A stretch of 64,000 bases of DNA from Escherichia phage Bp4. Shown here in pieces: positions 58,525 through 64,000 of this stretch (its first letter is position 1; each line of letters begins with the position of its first letter). The DNA lies in the sequence record NC_024142.2, one strand, 5' to 3'. Below the pieces are notes generated by a model, which was not told the origin of the DNA, ran no database searches, and saw nothing but the letters and a program-made list of their open reading frames with translations. The position numbers and the translations under genes are program-made.

Positions 58525-58904
58525 TAGTATTTACTACCTCTTCTATACCAGGGGTAGTGATGAGTAGTGCTCTTACCTTTGAACACATCCTTGGTATAAG
58601 GATTCTTTTGTATTTGAGCCAAGTAAAGATGCATTTCGTCATAACACGGGCTAAGCCAGAACTTATCTATGATTCGGTCTACCTTAGATTTCAGATGGGG
58701 TTCTGGAGGAATGTATGAATGAAAAGGTCTGCTAGTAACCCATCCTTTCTGAACAAGAGCCTGCATTGTTGTGTAAAGATCTAATTCAATTTCATTATCT
58801 ACTTGATCATGTACAGCTTTACCTAAGGTGAGCATTGCAGTTTGTTCCAGCTTACCGAAGTCCAGTCCTTGTAGGATAGACTTACCATTTCGTCTGTTTG
58901 ACAT
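58524..58904 (-). CDS. hypothetical protein
   Basis: 126-aa ORF. Confidence 0.45.
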   Translation of the reverse strand: MSNRRNGKSILQGLDFGKLEQTAMLTLGKAVHDQVDNEIELDLYTTMQALVQKGWVTSRPFHSYIPPEPHLKSKVDRIIDKFWLSPCYDEMHLYLAQIQKNPYTKDVFKGKSTTHHYPWYRRGSKY

Positions 58905-58916
58905 AAGAGTACCTAT

Positions 58917-58946
58917 AATTAAAAAAGCCCACGGGTTAGGTGGGCT
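58917..58946 (-). terminator. intrinsic terminator
   Basis: Minus strand GCCCAC-CTAACCC-GTGGGC followed by TTTTTTAATT. Confidence 0.55.
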
Positions 58947-59059
58947 TGGGTTAGGAGATGGATAAGCAATGAGCTGGAAGCAACTTCCACAAGCATCACT
59001 ATGTAATGATGCTTAGGTTAGTTACTCTGCTTTACTACCACCGTTGGTTTGTACAACAG

Positions 59060-59263
59060 TTACATTTGTAACCTGGTTCTGCCTTTGTTGGACAGTGACC
59101 AAATCAGTGCTACTACCCAGAATACCAGTGACCAGCCTAATACTATATTAAGCACGCCAATGCCCCACTTAGAGGCATGGCCTCGTGCAAAAGCAATGAT
59201 AGTAGGGATAAGGTATACAGCTAATATAAACAACATAACAAGGATTGCTGCTAAAGATTCCAT
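59060..59263 (-). CDS. superinfection immunity (Imm-like) small membrane protein
   Basis: YLIPTIIAFARGH … VLNIVLGWSLVFWVVALIWS matches the Imm-type two-TM motif; likely start at MESLAAIL. Confidence 0.55.
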   Translation of the reverse strand: MESLAAILVMLFILAVYLIPTIIAFARGHASKWGIGVLNIVLGWSLVFWVVALIWSLSNKGRTRLQM

Positions 59264-59336
59264 GATGGTTCCTATGTGGGGTTGAGTTAGTTTCTTCACA
59301 AATAGCCCAACAATGCTGGGCTATTTAGGCAGCTAC

Positions 59337-59546
59337 TTACTCAGCGTCTTTGCTTGCAGGAGCAAGAGCTTTCTTCAGGTAATTACGTACTGAACGATAG
59401 GTTTCTTTGGTATCCATAGTACTATCATTTACGAATGTGATACGTGCACAATCAGACAGTGGAATTTGTTCCACTCCTACTACATTTGCAGCATTAATGG
59501 TTACACGTACATCTGAGGTTGCATGAGTTACTTGAAATACTGACAT
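59337..59546 (-). CDS. hypothetical small protein
   Basis: 69-aa ORF. Confidence 0.4.
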   Translation of the reverse strand: MSVFQVTHATSDVRVTINAANVVGVEQIPLSDCARITFVNDSTMDTKETYRSVRNYLKKALAPASKDAE

Positions 59547-59555
59547 GTTGTTTCC

Positions 59556-60062
59556 TTATTTACTGCTTCTTGCAGCTACTGGTTTGTTTTCCTGGTTCTG
59601 ATACTTGCCATTGTAATTAGCAGGTTCCTGAACCAGATGAAATAATACTTGAGCTATCCCAGAACCAGCCGGGATATGCAGTTTCTTACGACCGTGATAG
59701 ACAAGTTCGAGGGTAAGATACCCTTTCCATCCTGGTTCTATTACGGTATTGAACACAGATAATGCACGTCTTGCCCAGGTAGACTTATCGTGAACGATGG
59801 CTACACAGGAAGGAGACATGTTGAACTTCTCAATTGCTGAAGCCAATGTGAACTTACCGAGATGGCGTGATACTTGATTTCCATCAACGACTTTCACCAT
59901 TGGAATCAACCCAAATAAGCGATAGAAGGTAATATCTTGTTTGATACGAATATCATAACCAGCTTCACCCAATCCATAGCTTACACCATGCTCGGATACC
60001 TTACGGTCTGGGACATCCAGCAACTGAGATGAACGATAAAGAGAATTACCATTAACAACCAT
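59556..60062 (-). CDS. dcd: dCTP deaminase (Dcd/dUTPase superfamily)
   Basis: GYDIRI and STWARRALSVFNTVIEPGWKGYLTLELVYHG … AQVLF parallel E. coli Dcd motifs. Confidence 0.7.
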   Translation of the reverse strand: MVVNGNSLYRSSQLLDVPDRKVSEHGVSYGLGEAGYDIRIKQDITFYRLFGLIPMVKVVDGNQVSRHLGKFTLASAIEKFNMSPSCVAIVHDKSTWARRALSVFNTVIEPGWKGYLTLELVYHGRKKLHIPAGSGIAQVLFHLVQEPANYNGKYQNQENKPVAARSSK

Positions 60063-60580
60063 TATTTCATTCCTTTAGGGATATGAACTACCTCCCCAAA
60101 AGGTACGGTAGCATTAGGATTATTCAGAACACACCAGATGATAGGAATATCAAATGGTAATTCTTTCATTGGGCGAACATACATATCGGAGAATATGATT
60201 GCAGCGGTTGGCTTATTCTTAATAATCCAATCACGTACTGGTTCAAGGCTTGTACCACCACGACCAGTAATCTTAATCTCTTCAAAAGTATCTTCTTCAG
60301 TGATGTCTATTTCTTCCTGGATAATATCGTCGAAGGTAATTAGTGACATCTTCTTAGGATTGAACTGACTTTTAACGTAGGCGACTTCTGAGTTAAAACG
60401 CAGAGAGTCAGCACTACTAATAGAACCAGATACATCCTCAAAGTAGGCTAAGTGACGTAGACGTCCTTCATCATCTTCTAAGGAAGGTAGATAGATGTCA
60501 GTGTAACGACGGTTGGGTCTGGCCCACGTATAATGTGTGTCATCAATGTCGGTAAAAAGTTCATCAGAACTTCCTGCCAT
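60062..60580 (-). CDS. vWA-domain protein, C-terminal segment
   Basis: MIDAS-like DVSGSIS…TGRGGTS; upstream part of the gene lies in other frames. Confidence 0.55.
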   Translation of the reverse strand: MAGSSDELFTDIDDTHYTWARPNRRYTDIYLPSLEDDEGRLRHLAYFEDVSGSISSADSLRFNSEVAYVKSQFNPKKMSLITFDDIIQEEIDITEEDTFEEIKITGRGGTSLEPVRDWIIKNKPTAAIIFSDMYVRPMKELPFDIPIIWCVLNNPNATVPFGEVVHIPKGMK

Positions 60581-60675
60581 GGAACCACTGGTTTAAGGAA
60601 TTGGGTAATAACCTCTTCCATACGACCAGCACCTTTACCAGGCATCTGTCCACCAGCCATTTTCTGGCTCTGCAT
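60478..60675 (-). CDS. vWA-domain protein, middle segment (frame-shifted)
   Basis: Frame open upstream: HFGQSQGAVVNNVVRAMQSQKMAGGQMPGKGAGRMEEVITQF. Confidence 0.45.
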   Translation of the reverse strand: MQSQKMAGGQMPGKGAGRMEEVITQFLKPVVPWQEVLMNFLPTLMTHIIRGPDPTVVTLTSIYLP

Positions 60676-61234
60676 TGCACGTACTACGTTGTTGACAACA
60701 GCACCCTGGGACTGCCCGAAGTGGGGATTTCATGTCGCCAGCAAGACCTGCTCCAGCACCCCCTGACGGCTTCTGCCTTTTCTGAGGGTTCTTCATCAGG
60801 TCATCGTAGATGTCTTCTTCGACCCATCCTTTATATTGAGGGTCTTTGCAAATGCCTTCATCAATGCCAGTGAACTTGTAACCATCTTCTTCTAACTGAA
60901 GGTTAATGAAGTGGTCACAAGCCTGGTTCCAGACTTCTGGGTCACGGCTTCCACGTCGGATGTCGTGTAGATATGCCACATGCCATAATTCATGCATAAG
61001 CACTGTTTCTCTTACATCTGGACACATCCAGATAAAGAAATCTGGGTTGAAATGGAGTTCTATCCCATCAGTACATGCAGTGGGACAATCCTCACGTTTC
61101 CATGAGAATTTAAGACTACACAGTAATGAACCAAAGAAGGCTGCGCTGCGACCTAAAAAAGCCTGCGCTTGGATTCTATCGTACTCCCTCATTAGCTGCT
61201 CATCTGTGAGACTATGCGTAGGTATACTGTTCAT
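60635..61234 (-). CDS. vWA-domain protein, N-terminal metallopeptidase-like segment
   Basis: HELWHVAYLH motif; C-terminal ~30 residues Cys-rich out-of-frame; removing one C from the CCCC run (plus GGGG 60723-60726) restores the frame. Confidence 0.55.
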   Translation of the reverse strand: MNSIPTHSLTDEQLMREYDRIQAQAFLGRSAAFFGSLLCSLKFSWKREDCPTACTDGIELHFNPDFFIWMCPDVRETVLMHELWHVAYLHDIRRGSRDPEVWNQACDHFINLQLEEDGYKFTGIDEGICKDPQYKGWVEEDIYDDLMKNPQKRQKPSGGAGAGLAGDMKSPLRAVPGCCCQQRSTCNAEPENGWWTDAW

Positions 61235-61566
61235 TAGGGTGCTCCATGATTGGGGTGATAGCCATACAGTTTTTCAGCCGCTTTTCTGGCGTCTATGGCA
61301 TCTTGCTTGTCTGCAAAAGTGCCCAAACTTACCAGACGTGTTCCATCAGATATAGCTGCATACCAGATGGAATCACGCTTGTGCCAGTACACACCAGTAA
61401 CACCACTGGAATTAGTTACCCGTTTCTTTTGGTTTCTGGTGTTAGTTCTGCTGTCTACTAATCTAAAGTTACTTAGAAGGTTATTAACCCTATTGTGGTC
61501 TAGGTGATCAATCTGCATACCTTTCGGGATAGGTCCATTGTGCATTTCCCATATGACACGGTGCAC
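61234..61566 (-). CDS. HNH homing endonuclease with AP2 domain (annotated ORF is the 3' two-thirds; gene likely 61234..61713)
   Basis: IDHLDHNRVNN HNH core and SGVTGVYWHKRDSIWYAAISDG AP2-like; the N-terminus (MNWNDILVYINGELFW) lies in another frame, rejoined by adding one T to the T5 run at 61628-61632. Confidence 0.75.
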   Translation of the reverse strand: MHRVIWEMHNGPIPKGMQIDHLDHNRVNNLLSNFRLVDSRTNTRNQKKRVTNSSGVTGVYWHKRDSIWYAAISDGTRLVSLGTFADKQDAIDARKAAEKLYGYHPNHGAP

Positions 61567-61719
61567 TTTGTAACTTTTGCCCTTATAGTTGAAGCATAAA
61601 TAACCATCGCTATTTAGATTACCTACCTTTTTCCAGCAATGCCTCTGGAGGCTACTGTAACTTTCCAGAATAGCTCCCCATTTATGTAAACGAGTATGTC
61701 ATTCCAGTTCATGTTGTGA

Positions 61720-62220
61720 TTACCCGTGAATGTAGCGAGAGATATTAGCAGCAGCCTTACGCCATTCAGGGGTAGCCTGAAGATCTGGTAATGCATTGCC
61801 TACTGTACGGAAGTACAGAATCTTATGGGTGAACGTTTTAAAGCGTTCAATATACTGAAGAACATCAGCAAAGTTTTCTTCAGTAGTTTTGTTAGCCAGA
61901 TGGTTAACGGTAGCCCAACACAGGTTGTTATCTTCTGGTAGTGCACAACCCATAGGGTCTTTGACTACTTTTTCAATCGTAATGATACGATTGTATACCT
62001 GAGTGAACTGAACAAACTCTGTAGCCTTACCAGCAGTAACGTGACCTGAATAGTAGATAGAATCTTCATCAGGAAGAGCACCTTCTGGTAAGTTCTTGAG
62101 GTCTTTATTAACAAAGTCCCAAGTACGAGGGCAACAGAACGTTTTGTTCTTATGTGCTGGGTCGAAGTCATGCAGATAACCAGGGTTAGCATGTAAGAAT
62201 GCAACCAGACGTTCATCCAT
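61720..62220 (-). CDS. MoxR-like AAA+ ATPase, C-terminal segment
   Basis: In-frame continuation of the upstream ATPase after a 1-nt frameshift near 62225-62245. Confidence 0.55.
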   Translation of the reverse strand: MDERLVAFLHANPGYLHDFDPAHKNKTFCCPRTWDFVNKDLKNLPEGALPDEDSIYYSGHVTAGKATEFVQFTQVYNRIITIEKVVKDPMGCALPEDNNLCWATVNHLANKTTEENFADVLQYIERFKTFTHKILYFRTVGNALPDLQATPEWRKAAANISRYIHG

Positions 62221-62771
62221 TGCTGAGGAATCATTACATCTTCAACAAAGATGTCGAAGTTAAGTTCCATTTCAAAGTGAACCACACGAGACTGCATTGC
62301 AGTACCCAGTGGGTTAACAATGGCACGGTCAGTAGCTTTGTTACCAGCACAGACAATCATCACATTAGGATGAAGTTTTTTCTGACCAGTCATACGGTCT
62401 AGAATCAGTTTATATGCAGCAGCTACTACTTCTTTCTTAGCTGAGTTGAACTCATCAAGGAATAAGAGCCAGCCATTATACCCTTCTGGTAATTCATCTC
62501 CCTCAATTGGGAATAAGTCAGCGAATGGAATAAACTCTGCACGGTCACCATTACGGAATGGTAAGCCAGAAAGGTCTTCCGGGGCAGAAGTTGACAGACG
62601 ATGGTCTATCAACTTCATACCAAATTCTTCTGCAATAGAACGAATGATTGCAGATTTACCCATGCCAGGTGATGAAGTCAGGAACGGTACGTTACCTGCT
62701 TTCAAAGCACGGATAATAAAGTTACGAGCTTGACGTGAATTACATACGGTCAAGGAGTCAATGCTTGCCAT
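61965..62771 (-). CDS. MoxR-like AAA+ ATPase, N-terminal segment
   Basis: Walker A SSPGMGKS, Walker B LLFLDEFNSA; last ~80 residues are out-of-frame read-through. Confidence 0.65.
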   Translation of the reverse strand: MASIDSLTVCNSRQARNFIIRALKAGNVPFLTSSPGMGKSAIIRSIAEEFGMKLIDHRLSTSAPEDLSGLPFRNGDRAEFIPFADLFPIEGDELPEGYNGWLLFLDEFNSAKKEVVAAAYKLILDRMTGQKKLHPNVMIVCAGNKATDRAIVNPLGTAMQSRVVHFEMELNFDIFVEDVMIPQQWMNVWLHSYMLTLVICMTSTQHIRTKRSVALVLGTLLIKTSRTYQKVLFLMKILSTIQVTLLLVRLQSLFSSLRYTIVSLRLKK

Positions 62772-62805
62772 TTACTTACTCTCCTAAAGCTAATGGAATT
62801 ACTGA

Positions 62806-63135
62806 TTAAGATTTAGTGCAGGGATAGGCCTTGTGTACTGAGTACACAACAATTTGAGATGTATTCTTCATCTTGAGGATTGCAGAGTCATAAATAACCA
62901 CTTTGGCAATCTTAGGCAGAATGACCGAATATTTAATACCTTCTGGAACACAGTTATCTGTGCTCTCGATGTAAGAGATCATACTGCCCATGAAGAAACC
63001 TTGTCCGAACGCATCACGAGTGTCATCCAGGTAAGCCTGAGCACCTTCCAGAATTGGTTCTGGTTCAATTGCTTGTGCACTTGGGGCTAAAGCTATCAGT
63101 GCAGCTACTGCAATACCTTTAAGTAAAGTTTTCAT
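62806..63135 (-). CDS. secreted/periplasmic small protein
   Basis: Sec-type signal peptide MKTLLKGIAVAALIALAPSAQA with AQA cleavage site. Confidence 0.5.
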   Translation of the reverse strand: MKTLLKGIAVAALIALAPSAQAIEPEPILEGAQAYLDDTRDAFGQGFFMGSMISYIESTDNCVPEGIKYSVILPKIAKVVIYDSAILKMKNTSQIVVYSVHKAYPCTKS

Positions 63136-63321
63136 TTAGTTACCTTTCATTTCATTGAGTTTAAGTACACCGATAGGGGTTAATGACCACCCAAGACCAG
63201 CATTGAACTGAACTAAGCCCAGCTTCTTAAGAGACTGTGCGGTTTTGTTATTACGGTTGCTGGTGGCAGAACCACCTTGAACCATACGAAGGAAGATTGC
63301 TTGGGACTGAGTTAATTTCAA
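63136..63321 (-). CDS. hypothetical small protein
   Basis: 61-aa ORF abutting neighbours. Confidence 0.35.
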   Translation of the reverse strand: MKLTQSQAIFLRMVQGGSATSNRNNKTAQSLKKLGLVQFNAGLGWSLTPIGVLKLNEMKGN

Positions 63322-63527
63322 AGGTAATATCCTTCCAGGTTTATTGGTGTTACAAATGTATTTGCTGATAGATAGAATGATTTACCAGTTTCTACAGCAA
63401 CAGCAGCAGGTTTGCCTTCAGGTAGGTGAATCTTTAAACACACTGTCTGGTTATAAATAAAACCATTAGCAGGCTCTACATCACCGAAAGTTACTTCATT
63501 GTTCTCAGAACGATTTGTTACTTTCAC
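63318..63527 (-). CDS. hypothetical small protein
   Basis: 69-aa ORF, overlapping stop/start. Confidence 0.35.
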   Translation of the reverse strand: MKVTNRSENNEVTFGDVEPANGFIYNQTVCLKIHLPEGKPAAVAVETGKSFYLSANTFVTPINLEGYYL

Positions 63528-63784
63528 TCATCTTCTCCTTCATCCGGTAGCGGTGATAAATCTACACCTAAATGCTTCAGGCGTTTCTCTAAGTCATCTA
63601 CCTTATTTTGATAAAATGACAGTAGCTCAGGTAGTATTCTTGTACGAGCTTGCGGTCCTAAATCCTTATCGTAAAAGGATACTTTCACCATATGTGGAGC
63701 TTTCTTCAAACTAGCTAATTGCTGTCGGTTGTCGTTGTATTCTTCATACAATTTCTCAACCAAATGTAGATTGTGGATATTCAT
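63524..63784 (-). CDS. hypothetical small protein
   Basis: 86-aa ORF with acidic C-terminus. Confidence 0.4.
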   Translation of the reverse strand: MNIHNLHLVEKLYEEYNDNRQQLASLKKAPHMVKVSFYDKDLGPQARTRILPELLSFYQNKVDDLEKRLKHLGVDLSPLPDEGEDE

Positions 63785-63969
63785 TTCTTCTCCGGTACGA
63801 ACTGCATTACACAGCTTTGATTACGAGGGATATTAAGTTCACATTCATGCTTGAGGGTTTGTGTTACAGAGTTTGGAGTAGAACCAAAATAGGTATTGGA
63901 GATAGCTACGAATCCTGCACCTATTAAACCACCTAGTAAGAATGAGAAGAATGCAATCTCTTTATACAT
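63781..63969 (-). CDS. small membrane protein
   Basis: Single TM segment FFSFLLGGLIGAGFVAI. Confidence 0.4.
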   Translation of the reverse strand: MYKEIAFFSFLLGGLIGAGFVAISNTYFGSTPNSVTQTLKHECELNIPRNQSCVMQFVPEKK

Positions 63970-64000
63970 TTCCTGGCTCCAGATGTAGAAAACCCAGTCA

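Overview
The window reads as a segment of an N4-like podophage genome (Schitoviridae-type architecture), inferred from gene content and order; no database search was possible. Plus strand 2.7-35.7 kb is the late/virion module in N4-reversed order: terminase large subunit, tail/appendage genes, holin-endolysin(GH108)-spanin lysis cassette, portal, scaffold-like protein, major capsid protein, internal virion proteins and a giant ~3570-aa virion RNA polymerase-like ORF (24956..35668). Minus strand 38.6-64 kb is the replication and nucleotide-metabolism module: acidic protein, RuvC-like resolvase, SSB-like protein, P-loop ATPase, primase-like protein, PD-(D/E)xK nuclease, family-A DNA polymerase, Dda-like helicase, rIIA/rIIB-like genes, ThyX-like protein, dCTP deaminase, MoxR ATPase plus vWA partner, and two free-standing HNH-AP2 homing endonucleases. 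Between the modules lie a two-gene accessory islet bracketed by terminators, one gene carrying a DUF2829/Tad2-like motif (recalled from memory, not HMM-verified), and a ~1.8 kb non-coding region with one canonical-looking tRNA and four tRNA-like T-arm/acceptor elements. The left end (1..2.6 kb, minus strand) holds a tandem array of four paralogous small proteins and a small HExxH protein. Several essential genes (DNA polymerase, tail protein, vWA, MoxR, HNH) are split by frameshifts at short homopolymers, which looks like sequencing/assembly indels; the rIIA-like gene is instead broken by a 5-bp tandem duplication. Functional calls rest on motifs, sizes and synteny; coordinates of RNA elements and terminators are hand-derived.
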